A stretch of DNA of 64,000 nucleotides, taken from an uncultured Actinomycetota bacterium. Lineage in GTDB: Bacteria > Actinomycetota > Actinomycetes > UBA12327. The stretch's first letter is position 1. The number at the start of each line of letters is the position of its first letter. A program made the position numbers and the translations under genes. Where the stretch lies: NCBI GenBank assembly GCA_963850215.1, contig CAWKKI010000006.1, positions 137,061-201,060 on the forward strand, given 5' to 3'. This document shows positions 34,769 through 43,809 of the stretch, in pieces. The notes under the pieces are model-generated. The model saw nothing but the letters and a program-made list of their open reading frames with translations, made no database searches and was not told the origin of the DNA.

Positions 34769-35554
34769 ATGAGCGCGGCATGGGACGCGTCCCTCTACGC
34801 GCAGAACACCGCGCATCACCGCGCTTACGACGCGGTGCTCTTTGACGGCGTCGATCTGAGCGAGGCGCAATCCATCCTCGACGTGGGGTGCGGCAGCGGA
34901 GACTTCACCCATTCTCTGCTCGAACGCGCGCCGAAATCGCACGTGCTGGGGGTCGATGCAGATCGCGGCATGGTCGACTTGGCGCGCGCAACCTGGCACG
35001 CGCATCGATTGGCCTTCGTCCGCTGTGCCGCCCAGAACCTTGGCGACGTTGTGACGCCGGGATCCATGAATGCTGTGTTCTCCGTCGCTGCGTTGCACTG
35101 GATCAACGAGAACGAGCACCCGCAGGTCCTGCGCGAACTTCGCGCAGCCCTCACACCAGGTGGTGTGCTGCGCGCGCAGTTCGGTGGTCTCGGTCAGGTC
35201 GCGCAGCCGCAACAGATCCTCGAGGACGAGTCACACAAGCGTGGCCCCGTGCCGCACCCGTGGTTCTTCCCGAGCGCCGAGCACTACGGCTTGCTGCTGA
35301 CCGAGGCCGGCTTCGACCTGGACCGGTCACAGGACTGGGTCCGGCTGCTGCACCAACGTCGTTCGTTCGATGCGGACTCGATCATCGCGTGGTTCGACTC
35401 GCAGGCTATCCATCCGTATGCACGTGCACTTCCCGAGAGTGCGCGCGACGGATTCCGGGACGCTGTGCATCAACGAGTCCTGACCGAGTTGCGGCGCGAA
35501 GACGGCAGCTACGACCTCGATTTCGTGCGACTCGATCTACGAGTTCATCGCTGA
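34769..35554 (+). CDS. Class I SAM-dependent methyltransferase (trans-aconitate methyltransferase-like)
   Basis: ILDVGCGSGDFT motif. The overall length and pattern resemble Tam-like methyltransferases. Confidence 0.75.
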   Translation: MSAAWDASLYAQNTAHHRAYDAVLFDGVDLSEAQSILDVGCGSGDFTHSLLERAPKSHVLGVDADRGMVDLARATWHAHRLAFVRCAAQNLGDVVTPGSMNAVFSVAALHWINENEHPQVLRELRAALTPGGVLRAQFGGLGQVAQPQQILEDESHKRGPVPHPWFFPSAEHYGLLLTEAGFDLDRSQDWVRLLHQRRSFDADSIIAWFDSQAIHPYARALPESARDGFRDAVHQRVLTELRREDGSYDLDFVRLDLRVHR

Positions 35555-35713
35555 TTCGGAGCCACTGGTCCTCGTCCGGGCGCCGGTCGTGTGGCGAAAA
35601 CCATTGCGAAACAAGGAGAAACGCCCAGTCCGGGTCATTGCGTTGTCGCCGCTTCGTGCTTAGGTTGCTCGCGTGTCGGACAACCGTTCGGCGGGTCTTC
35701 CGAAGGGGAAGTA

Positions 35714-36178
35714 GTGAACAAGGGCGAGTTGATCGAAGAGTTGTCGACCCGATTCGACGGCAGCAAGACTCAGGCAAGTCACGCACTGGAGTCAGTTCTT
35801 GACGTCATCGAGCGCGGGGTGGTCGCTGGCGAAAAGGTCGTCATCACCGGTTTCGGCTCATTTGAGCCGGTCGCACGGGCCGCGCGCACTGCGCGCAACC
35901 CAGCCACGGGCGCGACCGTGAAGGTGAAGGCAAGCAAGGCCATCAAGTTCAAGCCAGGTGCGGAGCTCAAGGCGATCGTCAACGGCACGAAGAAGTTGCC
36001 GAAGATCGCAGCGGGCGCCGTGGCGGGGGCGAAGGCCGCAGCCAGGCCGGCGGCCAAGAAGACCACCGCTAAGAAGGCCACCGCCAAGAAGGCGACCGTG
36101 AAGAAGGCTGCGCCGAAGAAGGCCGTAGCCAAGAAGACCGCCAAGCGCGCACCGGCCAAGAAGGCCACCCGCCGCTAG
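35714..36178 (+). CDS. hupB: HU-family DNA-binding protein with a long C-terminal Ala/Lys/Pro-rich tail (HupB/MDP1-like)
   Basis: GTG start after a GAAGGGGA RBS. The HU fold (VNKGELIEELSTRF…GFGSFEPVARAARTARNPATGATV) is followed by an (A/T/V)KKA repeat tail. Confidence 0.9.
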   Translation: MNKGELIEELSTRFDGSKTQASHALESVLDVIERGVVAGEKVVITGFGSFEPVARAARTARNPATGATVKVKASKAIKFKPGAELKAIVNGTKKLPKIAAGAVAGAKAAARPAAKKTTAKKATAKKATVKKAAPKKAVAKKTAKRAPAKKATRR

Positions 36179-36205
36179 GCATACCGGGCACCACGCACGC
36201 TAGAC

Positions 36206-36244
36206 GGGGCGAGACTCACGACTCGGTGGGCCTCGCCCCGTTTT
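36206..36244 (+). terminator. Intrinsic terminator downstream of hupB
   Basis: Stem ggggcgag…ctcgcccc followed by gtttt. Confidence 0.6.
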
Positions 36245-36268
36245 GCGTTGCTGCGTGGCCGGTCGGGC

Positions 36269-36904
36269 TCAGGCGTAGGCGGGACCGCTATCGAGGGCGT
36301 GCCGGGTCGCCTCGCCGACCCCGAGTCGCACGGCATCTATGAGGTCGACATCGGTGTCCACGTCTCGACGCAGGCACGGAGCGTCGAGGTCGAGTTCGAC
36401 CGCGCCCGACACTCGGTGTGCCGCTCGTGAGCGCACTCCGAACGATGGTGAAAGCACTTCACCCGGGGCCGCGAAGAGTGCCGTGGTCCCGGTGCCGGAC
36501 TGGTCGGAGACGAACGAACGTGGGTGGGCCTGCGCGAGAGTCAGTGCTGCCTGCAACTGGTCGGGTGTGAGGCACGGCAGGTCCGCCGAGAGGACAGCGA
36601 CGCCCTCGTCGGGGTGGCTGGACGCGACCATCTGCGCGCCATGCACGAGGGCGGCATTCAGGCCGTCATCGGGTTCGTCGGCAAGCACCTGCACGCCGAG
36701 CGACTCAAGCGCCGCACGTGCAGATGAGTCGTCGGTGACTGCATAAACCTGGTCTACGTCCTCGCACTGCATCGCGGCCTGGGCGGTGTCGAGCGCGAAA
36801 GCGAGGGCCAGACGCGCGCGCAAGGCAGGGTCCGGCGTGAGTCGAGTCTTGGCCCGCTCGAGCCGTTTCACGGGGAGAATCGCTGACCATCGCATCCCTC
36901 CCAT
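36269..36904 (-). CDS. cofC: 2-phospho-L-lactate (phosphoenolpyruvate) guanylyltransferase, F420 biosynthesis. The start is uncertain (ATG 36904 or 36895).
   Basis: MGGMRWSAILPVKRLERAKTRL… is the typical CofC/FbiD N-terminus. It occupies the conserved position next to gpsA. Confidence 0.8.
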   Translation of the reverse strand: MGGMRWSAILPVKRLERAKTRLTPDPALRARLALAFALDTAQAAMQCEDVDQVYAVTDDSSARAALESLGVQVLADEPDDGLNAALVHGAQMVASSHPDEGVAVLSADLPCLTPDQLQAALTLAQAHPRSFVSDQSGTGTTALFAAPGEVLSPSFGVRSRAAHRVSGAVELDLDAPCLRRDVDTDVDLIDAVRLGVGEATRHALDSGPAYA

Positions 36905-36991
36905 GATGCCTCTCGTTGGCGTTTCGTTCGACTTCTCCTCAGAGATCTGCCAGCGAATCTCTGCCGACGACCTGGACACGCGTCCGGGTTT

Positions 36992-37777
36992 GTGGTCCTG
37001 GGGTGTTGGATGCAGTCCATGGGCGCGCGACCGGGGTTCTGGTACCAAGTGGCTTCCGGGGCCCTGCGAGTTCTCGTGCGTCCACTGAGCATCCGCGACT
37101 GGCACGGCGTGGAGCACCTCCCGCCCGAGGGTGGCTTCGTCGTCGCGGCGAACCACATCTCCTACTTCGACCCCTTTGAGGTCGGGCTATTTCTCGATCG
37201 CAACCACTACCCGGTTCGTTTCATGGCCAAGTCTGAGTTGTTCGAGATTCCGATCGCTGGTCGGATCGTGCGTGGCGCGGGTCAGATCCCGGTCTATCGC
37301 GGCAGCGCGGTGGCCGCGAGCGCGTATCGCGACGCCGTGGCCGCGGTGGAGTCGGGGGAGTGCGTCGTCGTCTATCCCGAAGGCACGATCACTCGTGACC
37401 CGGACATGTGGCCGATGACGGCGAAGACCGGAGCCGCGCGAATCGCGCTTGCCACGGGGGCCCCGGTGATCCCGATTGCACAGTGGGGCGCGCAAGAGGT
37501 GCTGCCGCCCTATTCGAAGAAACTCAAGATCTTCAGTCGCACGGTGATGCACGTGAATGCTGGGCCTGCGGTCGATCTCAGCGAGTTCATGCCGGCCGAT
37601 GGAGCCGAGCCGAGCGGGTCGACGCTGCGAGCGGCCACCACGAAGATCATGGACGCGATCACCGAGTTGCTCGAAGGCATCCGTGGCGGGAAGGCGCCAG
37701 CGGAGCGCTTCGACAGCCGTCAGGCCGGCGTCACCGATCACGGCAATCCGAACAAGCCAGGAACGGGTTCGGCGTGA
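36992..37777 (+). CDS. plsC: 1-acyl-sn-glycerol-3-phosphate acyltransferase (lysophospholipid acyltransferase)
   Basis: The HxxxxD motif is present in VVAANHISYFDPF, together with a later conserved VYPEGTITRD motif. The stop overlaps the gpsA start. Confidence 0.8.
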   Translation: MVLGCWMQSMGARPGFWYQVASGALRVLVRPLSIRDWHGVEHLPPEGGFVVAANHISYFDPFEVGLFLDRNHYPVRFMAKSELFEIPIAGRIVRGAGQIPVYRGSAVAASAYRDAVAAVESGECVVVYPEGTITRDPDMWPMTAKTGAARIALATGAPVIPIAQWGAQEVLPPYSKKLKIFSRTVMHVNAGPAVDLSEFMPADGAEPSGSTLRAATTKIMDAITELLEGIRGGKAPAERFDSRQAGVTDHGNPNKPGTGSA

Positions 37778-38778
37778 CACGCGTCGCCATCATGGGCGCC
37801 GGCTCATGGGGGACCGCCTTCGGCATGGTCGCCACCGAGGCGGGCAACGATGTCGTGATCTGGGGCCGCGATTCCAAGGTGGTCGACTCGATCAACTCCG
37901 ACCACGTCAATCGCGAGTATCTGCCAGACCTTCAGCTTCCACCCGCGGTGTGGGCGGTCAACGATCCGGCCGAGGCCATGCACGACGCGGACCTTGTCGT
38001 GCTCGCGATCCCGTCGGCCGTCGTGCGCGGTGAGCTTGAGAAGTGGCGCGACTCGATTCCCGCGGATGCGATCGTCGTGAGTCTGATCAAGGGGATCGAG
38101 CTCGACACTGGCAAGCGGATGAGCGAGGTGATCAACGAGGTTGGTGGCCTCCCGCTCCGGCGCATCGCCGTGCTTTCGGGTCCCAACCTCGCGCCCGAGA
38201 TTGCCGCTCACCAGCCAGCGGCCTCCGTGGTCGCGTGCAGCGACGACGACGTCGCGCGGATGCTGCAGGAGCGTTTCCGCACCTCGTTCTTCCGCCCGTA
38301 CACGAACAGCGATGTGATCGGAACCGAGCTCGGGGGTGCGGTCAAGAACGTCATCGCGCTCGCTGTGGGCATGGCCGCGGGCATGGGCTACGGCGACAAC
38401 ACCAAGGCGTCGCTCATCACTCGCGGACTGGCCGAGACAGTGCGACTCGGTGCCGCGCTGGGCGCCGACCCGTTGACGTTTGTCGGGCTTGCTGGCCTCG
38501 GCGACTTGGTGGCCACGTGCGCGTCGCCGTTGTCGCGCAATCGTTCGTTCGGTGAGGGACTAGGGCGTGGCCTGACGGTCGATGAGGTCAAGGCGGCGAC
38601 TCGTCAGACTGCGGAAGGCGTCACGACCTGTCGAAGTGTGCTGGGGTTGGCGAAGCGAGCAGGTGTCGACGTGCCGATCACCGAGCACGTGGTTGCGGCC
38701 GTCCTCGGCGAGGTGTCCCCGCGCGAGATGGTCGGCGCGCTCATGGGACGCGAGGCCAAGCCGGAGCGTTCTGACTGA
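37774..38778 (+). CDS. gpsA: NAD(P)H-dependent glycerol-3-phosphate dehydrogenase
   Basis: GTG start overlapping the plsC stop. It begins VTRVAIMGAGSWGTAFG…. Confidence 0.9.
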   Translation: MTRVAIMGAGSWGTAFGMVATEAGNDVVIWGRDSKVVDSINSDHVNREYLPDLQLPPAVWAVNDPAEAMHDADLVVLAIPSAVVRGELEKWRDSIPADAIVVSLIKGIELDTGKRMSEVINEVGGLPLRRIAVLSGPNLAPEIAAHQPAASVVACSDDDVARMLQERFRTSFFRPYTNSDVIGTELGGAVKNVIALAVGMAAGMGYGDNTKASLITRGLAETVRLGAALGADPLTFVGLAGLGDLVATCASPLSRNRSFGEGLGRGLTVDEVKAATRQTAEGVTTCRSVLGLAKRAGVDVPITEHVVAAVLGEVSPREMVGALMGREAKPERSD

Positions 38779-38872
38779 CTGGATTCAGGTCTCTCCCTTG
38801 CGCTTGCTCTCCAGTACCGATACACCTCGCCCATCAGGCCCGTGAGCCGCGGTCCCCTAGCAAGGAGCGAGC

Positions 38873-39256
38873 ATGCATCCGAATGGTGAGTTGATCCAGG
38901 AGGGATTCGAGGCCTTCGCCAAGGGCGACATGGACACCGTTTCCCGGCTGCTCGATGACGACATCACATGGCACGCCGGAGGAACGGGCGTTTTGAGCGG
39001 CGACTACCGGGGCAAGGAGGCCGTGTTCGGCTTCTTCGGCCGACTGATGGAGCTGACCGAGGGAACGTTCCACCAGGAGATTCACGCGGTTCTGGCTGAC
39101 GACGACCATGTCGTTGTCCTGCTGGACAACGGACAGGAGAAGCCCAAGCCGTGGTCGGGTCAGGCAGTGATCGTCTGGCACGTTCGCGATGGCAAGGCTG
39201 TCGAATGCTGGGACATCCAAGCGGATCAGGCAGGGGCGGCGGCCGCGCTGGCCTAG
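38873..39256 (+). CDS. NTF2-like / SnoaL-like (ketosteroid isomerase-like) domain protein
   Basis: 127 aa with an NTF2-like pattern (…FAKGDMDTV…DDITWH…). The ATG follows a GGAG RBS. Confidence 0.65.
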   Translation: MHPNGELIQEGFEAFAKGDMDTVSRLLDDDITWHAGGTGVLSGDYRGKEAVFGFFGRLMELTEGTFHQEIHAVLADDDHVVVLLDNGQEKPKPWSGQAVIVWHVRDGKAVECWDIQADQAGAAAALA

Positions 39257-39320
39257 TGGTCCGCCGCTCGGACTGTCAGTGCCTGCGTGACGTATAGCGC
39301 GCGGAACTACTGACCCTCGG

Positions 39321-40481
39321 TCAGAGCGCGGGGATTGCGGCGCGCAAGGCTTGGTCCAGGTCGGCCCAGAGGTCCTCGATGTCCTCGATGCCAACGGAAA
39401 GTCGCAGCAGGGTTTCGGGAACGCTCTGCGGCTCGGCCGGCCAACGGCGTCGTCGCTCCAAGGTGGACTCCACGCCACCCAGACTCGTCGCGTGCGTCCA
39501 CAGATGCACGTGCGAGCCGACGGCTTCAGCCTCATCCGCACTGCCGCGGGTGATCGCGGCGATCATCGAGCCGAAGCCGCGCATTTGTCGGGTCGCCACC
39601 TCGTGGCCCGGGTGTGACGGCAGGCCCGGGTAGATGACTCGTTCGATCGATGGGTGCAACTCCATGCGTTGAGCGATCTCACCGGCATTTGACTCGGCTT
39701 GGCGGAGACGCACGGCGAGTGTGCGCAGTCCGCGCAACGCGAGATAGGTCTCGAAGGGTCCTGGGATCGCGCCACCCAAGGTTCGTTGGGCGCGAATCCG
39801 AGCGAGCCAGTCCTCGTCGCGCGTGACGACCGCGCCCATGAGCAGGTCCGAGTGGCCAGCCAGGAACTTCGTGACGCTGTGAACCACGATGTCCGCGCCG
39901 AGTGAAAGCGGTTGCTGGTTCAACGGAGTCGCGAACGTGTTGTCCACGACGACCACCGCGCCCGCCTCGTGGGCAGCATCAATGGCGGCGCGCAGGTCGA
40001 CGACTTCCAACGTCGGATTGATCGGCGACTCCAGCCACAGGAGGTACGCGCCTGCGCAGGCGGAGGCGATCGCCTCCGGATCATCGATGTCGATGAGTCG
40101 CAAGGTGAGGCGGCCGGCCTGCTCTCGTTGCTCCAGGGATTGACGTACGCCGGTGTACATCCGCTGCGGTGCCGCAACCACCGCGCCGATGGGGCATTCG
40201 TTGAGGACCGCACTGATCGCGGCCATCCCGGACGCGAAAGCGAGGGTCTGGCCGTCCTCTAGCGCCCCGAGCGCCTGCTCGAAGGCCCCCCAGGTCGTGA
40301 CCGACTCGCGTGCGTAGCCGATCTCGCCGCCCGCGCCGAACGTCGAGGACATCGCGATCGCGGGATTTATAGGCGCACCAGGCCCATGCGCTGGGCGACC
40401 CGCGCTGATCACAAGAGTCTCGGGCGCGAGTCCTTGCTCGGTTTCGCGGCTGATTGCTGGCTCACGGGTCGGGTCGGTCAC
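39321..40481 (-). CDS. Cys/Met-metabolism PLP-dependent enzyme (cystathionine gamma-synthase/lyase family)
   Basis: 386 aa with the PLP-lysine region SVTKFLAGHSDLLMGAVV. Confidence 0.85.
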   Translation of the reverse strand: MTDPTREPAISRETEQGLAPETLVISAGRPAHGPGAPINPAIAMSSTFGAGGEIGYARESVTTWGAFEQALGALEDGQTLAFASGMAAISAVLNECPIGAVVAAPQRMYTGVRQSLEQREQAGRLTLRLIDIDDPEAIASACAGAYLLWLESPINPTLEVVDLRAAIDAAHEAGAVVVVDNTFATPLNQQPLSLGADIVVHSVTKFLAGHSDLLMGAVVTRDEDWLARIRAQRTLGGAIPGPFETYLALRGLRTLAVRLRQAESNAGEIAQRMELHPSIERVIYPGLPSHPGHEVATRQMRGFGSMIAAITRGSADEAEAVGSHVHLWTHATSLGGVESTLERRRRWPAEPQSVPETLLRLSVGIEDIEDLWADLDQALRAAIPAL

Positions 40482-40569
40482 GCGTTCAGTATTCCGCTGG
40501 TGTCGATTCGGACCAGTGTCGATATGGACCTGTGTCGATCCGCGGCCGGGTCGCTACAGTCGCGAAACG

Positions 40570-41724
40570 ATGACGAACCCGCCGGCCTCCCGTCCCCCCG
40601 TATCCACCCCTGGTGAGGCGGGACCGCGACCGCGCGTGGCAATCGTGTTCGGCGGCCGCAGTTCGGAGCACGCGATCTCATGCGTGTCTGCTGGCAGCGT
40701 CTTGCAGGCAATCGACCGCAACCGCTACGAGGTCGTGCCCATCGGCATCGCGCCCGACGGTCGTTGGGTGCTGGAGCCCGATGAGCCCGAGCGACTCGCG
40801 ATCACCGACGGCCGTCTGCCCGAGGTCGACGCGAAAGGCACCGAGATCGTTTTGGTGGCTGGGGTGGATGGGTCACAGCTGGTTGCCCGCGAGCCTGGGG
40901 ACATTCCCGAGAGGCTCGCGCGAGTGGATGTGGTCTTCCCGCTGCTGCACGGGCCGTTCGGTGAGGACGGGACGCTGCAAGGGCTGCTCGAGTTGGCGGA
41001 CGTGAAGTACGTGGGCTCGGGTGTCTTGGCCTCGGCCGTGGCGATGGACAAGGACGTCATGAAGACGCTGTTCGTCGCGAGCGGCCTGCCCGTGGCGCCC
41101 TGGGTCACGGTGCACGACCGTGAGTGGACTAGTGATCCCGAGCAAGTCATTGGCCAGGTCCGCGAGCAACTCACGTTGCCGGTCTTCGTCAAGCCCGCCC
41201 GTGCGGGGTCGAGTGTCGGCATCTCGAAGGTCACGCACTGGGCTGAGATCGGGCCCGCCATTGATCGTGCGCGGGCGCACGATCCAAAGGTGCTCGTCGA
41301 GGCTGCGGTACGTGGTCGCGAGATCGAATGCGGTGTCCTCGCGCGTGCCGATGGCGGCGCTCCTGATGTGAGCGTCCCCGGCGAGATCCGGCTGCTCGGC
41401 GGCCACGACTTCTACGACTTTGAGGCGAAGTACCTCGACGGCAGCGCAGCGTTGGATATCCCAGCCAACCTTCCGGCGGATGTTGCGGCGCGTGTGCGCA
41501 CTCTGGCACTGAGTGCCTTCGATGCGCTCGGCTGCGAAGGGCTCGCGCGGGTGGACTTCTTCGTTGACGGCGAGACCGTGATGCTCAACGAGGTCAACAC
41601 GATGCCCGGCTTCACGCCCACGTCGATGTTTCCGCGGCTCTGGGCTGCGTCCGGGCTCGACTACTCAGCGCTTGTAGAGCGGCTCATAACCACGGCGCTC
41701 GCACGCCCGACCGGCCTGCGCTAA
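40570..41724 (+). CDS. ddl: D-alanine--D-alanine ligase
   Basis: RVAIVFGGRSSEHAISCVSA… and ATP-grasp motifs. The ORF is open from 40516; the ATG at 40570 is more likely. Confidence 0.9.
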   Translation: MTNPPASRPPVSTPGEAGPRPRVAIVFGGRSSEHAISCVSAGSVLQAIDRNRYEVVPIGIAPDGRWVLEPDEPERLAITDGRLPEVDAKGTEIVLVAGVDGSQLVAREPGDIPERLARVDVVFPLLHGPFGEDGTLQGLLELADVKYVGSGVLASAVAMDKDVMKTLFVASGLPVAPWVTVHDREWTSDPEQVIGQVREQLTLPVFVKPARAGSSVGISKVTHWAEIGPAIDRARAHDPKVLVEAAVRGREIECGVLARADGGAPDVSVPGEIRLLGGHDFYDFEAKYLDGSAALDIPANLPADVAARVRTLALSAFDALGCEGLARVDFFVDGETVMLNEVNTMPGFTPTSMFPRLWAASGLDYSALVERLITTALARPTGLR

Positions 41725-42200
41725 GCGTCCGCCGCGGGGTCGTGGTCGAGGATCGGTTCGGCCAGGTCAAGCAGCGCATCGGATGCAGGTTTCACGCTGC
41801 TTGGCACGTGCACCTCGACGCGGGCGACGCGTCCAACTGTGGTGAAGGCCGTGGAGCCGTCGGCTCCTGACGCGCCGAACCAACCAACCCCGTTGATCGT
41901 CAGCACTTGCGACTGTGCGTTGAAGCCGGCGGGCACGCCGACGCCACAGCGCCAGGTGATCGCGGGATCGCCCCAGGCGGCGGTTAGGAGCGAGGCAGGG
42001 GTTGCGTCACGTCGCTCGTTGCCGTCGACGGCGGACGGCAGGTCGCTGTGCATCGCGGTGCAGGCAGAATTGATCGCGTCAGAGGCTGGAGTCGGAACAG
42101 ACACCGACGCGGACGACTGACCTGAGCTGCACGCCGTTGTGGCGACAAACACGACAGCCAGTGCGGCCGCCAGAGAGGTCAGAGGTGCACGACGGGACAC
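41721..42200 (-). CDS. DUF3515 secreted/lipoprotein-like protein
   Basis: Signal peptide with a possible lipobox (VFVATTACSS). This family is conserved downstream of ddl in actinobacteria. Confidence 0.7.
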   Translation of the reverse strand: MSRRAPLTSLAAALAVVFVATTACSSGQSSASVSVPTPASDAINSACTAMHSDLPSAVDGNERRDATPASLLTAAWGDPAITWRCGVGVPAGFNAQSQVLTINGVGWFGASGADGSTAFTTVGRVARVEVHVPSSVKPASDALLDLAEPILDHDPAADA

Positions 42201-42415
42201 GTGAGGGTGCGCGTGATGCCGTCGACGCCCTGGACCTTCGACAGCACGAGCTTGCCGAGCTGGTCCACAGAGGTAGCCTCGGCGCGCACGATCACGTCGT
42301 ACGGACCGGTGACGTCCTCGGCGAGGGTCACGCCTTTGATCTCGCCGATTTCGGCGGCAACCGAGGCAGCCTTGCCGACTTCGGTCTGGATGAGGATGTA
42401 CGCCTGCACAGTCAC
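42179..42415 (-). CDS. Stand-alone Lrp/AsnC C-terminal (RAM) domain protein, about 78 aa
   Basis: GTG start after a GAGGAGGA RBS. My translation is VTVQAYILIQTEVGKAASVAAEIGEIKGVTLAEDVTGPYDVIVRAEATSVDQLGKLVLSKVQGVDGITRTLTCPVVHL, a typical RAM-domain sequence. Confidence 0.65.
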   Translation of the reverse strand: MTVQAYILIQTEVGKAASVAAEIGEIKGVTLAEDVTGPYDVIVRAEATSVDQLGKLVLSKVQGVDGITRTLTCPVVHL

Positions 42416-42469
42416 GTTCGTCCTCCTCGAGGTCGACGATGGTGGCGCCACGCTACCGCGAAGGGACAT

Positions 42470-43468
42470 ATGTCGGACAAGCGGGATTCGGCATCGCGAT
42501 CTGGACTCGCCACGGGCCGATCGTCGGCGTCGGCGACGGTGCGTGAGACCGGTGAGTTCGCGCTGATCAACCTCCTCGCGGCCCAGTTCACCCAACGTTC
42601 CGACGTCGTGGTCGGCCCCGGAGATGACGCGGCCGTGGTGCAGGTGGGCGAGGCGCGGGTGGTCGCGAGCATGGACGTCTACGTGCAGGGCGTGCACTTT
42701 CGCACCGACTGGTCGACCGCGATCGACGTCGGACACCGAGTGGCCGCCGCCGCGATGGCCGACATCGTGGCGATGGGCGCGCGTCCGTCGGCTCTGCTCG
42801 TGGGCCTGGCCGCCCCAGACACCCTCGAGGCGTCATGGGCGGTCGACTTGGCCAAGGGGCTCGGCGAGGAGGCCACTGTCGCGGAGGCTTCGGTGGTTGG
42901 CGGCGACCTGTCGCGCGGCGAGGTGCTGACGGTGTCGGTGACCGCGCTCGGTGCCCTCGAGGGCGCGGCGGTCACCCGAGGTGGCGCGCAGGCGGGAGAC
43001 GTAGTCGCTGTGCACGGGCGGCTCGGTTGGGCGGCCGCGGGGCTTGCCGTCTTGCAACGAGGCTTTCGCAGCCCCCGTGCCGTGGTCGATGCGCATCGGC
43101 GCCCGAGCGTCGACTACGGCGCTGGGCTTGCGGCCGCCCAGGCCGGTGCCACCGCGATGTGCGATGTCAGTGACGGGTTGCTCGCGGACCTCGGGCACGT
43201 GGCACGAGCCAGTGCGGTGGGCATGGACCTCGACTCGTCTGCGCTCGTTGTGGCTCAGCCCCTGCACGATGTCGGCGCGGCGCTAACGACGAACCCGTTG
43301 GAGTGGGTGCTCGGGGGCGGCGACGATCACGCGCTGATCGCGACATTTCCGGCCGACGCGGCGCTGCCGGAAGGCTGGACGGTGATCGGGAGCGTGAACG
43401 AAGGCGAATCCGTGCTCGTGGATCACGCAGATTGGAACGGCCCCAAGGGGCACGCGCACTTCAACTAG
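42470..43468 (+). CDS. thiL: Thiamine-monophosphate kinase. The start is uncertain.
   Basis: AIR synthase-like fold (…GDDAAVV…, …VGGDLSRGEVLTVSVTALG…). Confidence 0.85.
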   Translation: MSDKRDSASRSGLATGRSSASATVRETGEFALINLLAAQFTQRSDVVVGPGDDAAVVQVGEARVVASMDVYVQGVHFRTDWSTAIDVGHRVAAAAMADIVAMGARPSALLVGLAAPDTLEASWAVDLAKGLGEEATVAEASVVGGDLSRGEVLTVSVTALGALEGAAVTRGGAQAGDVVAVHGRLGWAAAGLAVLQRGFRSPRAVVDAHRRPSVDYGAGLAAAQAGATAMCDVSDGLLADLGHVARASAVGMDLDSSALVVAQPLHDVGAALTTNPLEWVLGGGDDHALIATFPADAALPEGWTVIGSVNEGESVLVDHADWNGPKGHAHFN

Positions 43469-43487
43469 CGGCGCGTGGACGGACCGG

Positions 43488-43673
43488 CTAGCGAGTGACC
43501 TTGCCGGCCTTGATGCACGAGGTGCATACGTGCAGTTTCTTCGGCGTCCCGGAGACCGTGGTGCGGACCGTCTGGATGTTGACGTTCCAGCGGCGCGGGG
43601 TCCGGCGGTGGGAGTGCGAAATGGAGTTGCCGAAGCCTGGGCCCTTGCCGCAGATCTCGCAGGTGGCAGCCAC
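43488..43673 (-). CDS. rpmB: 50S ribosomal protein L28
   Basis: GTG start with a CAGGAG RBS. It reads VAATCEICGKGPGFGNSISHSHRRTPRRWNVNIQTVRTTVSGTPKKLHVCTSCIKAGKVTR. Confidence 0.9.
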   Translation of the reverse strand: MAATCEICGKGPGFGNSISHSHRRTPRRWNVNIQTVRTTVSGTPKKLHVCTSCIKAGKVTR

Positions 43674-43809
43674 GGTGAACTCCTGAAAACGTTGAGCGGG
43701 GATTTGAGGTCCCGAGGGTACCTGACCGGGCAGCCTCGGCCCAAACCGGTCGCATCGGCCCATTAGCGTCAGCCCTGGCAGCGCGCGCACTAAAGGAGTC
43801 TCAACGGCG

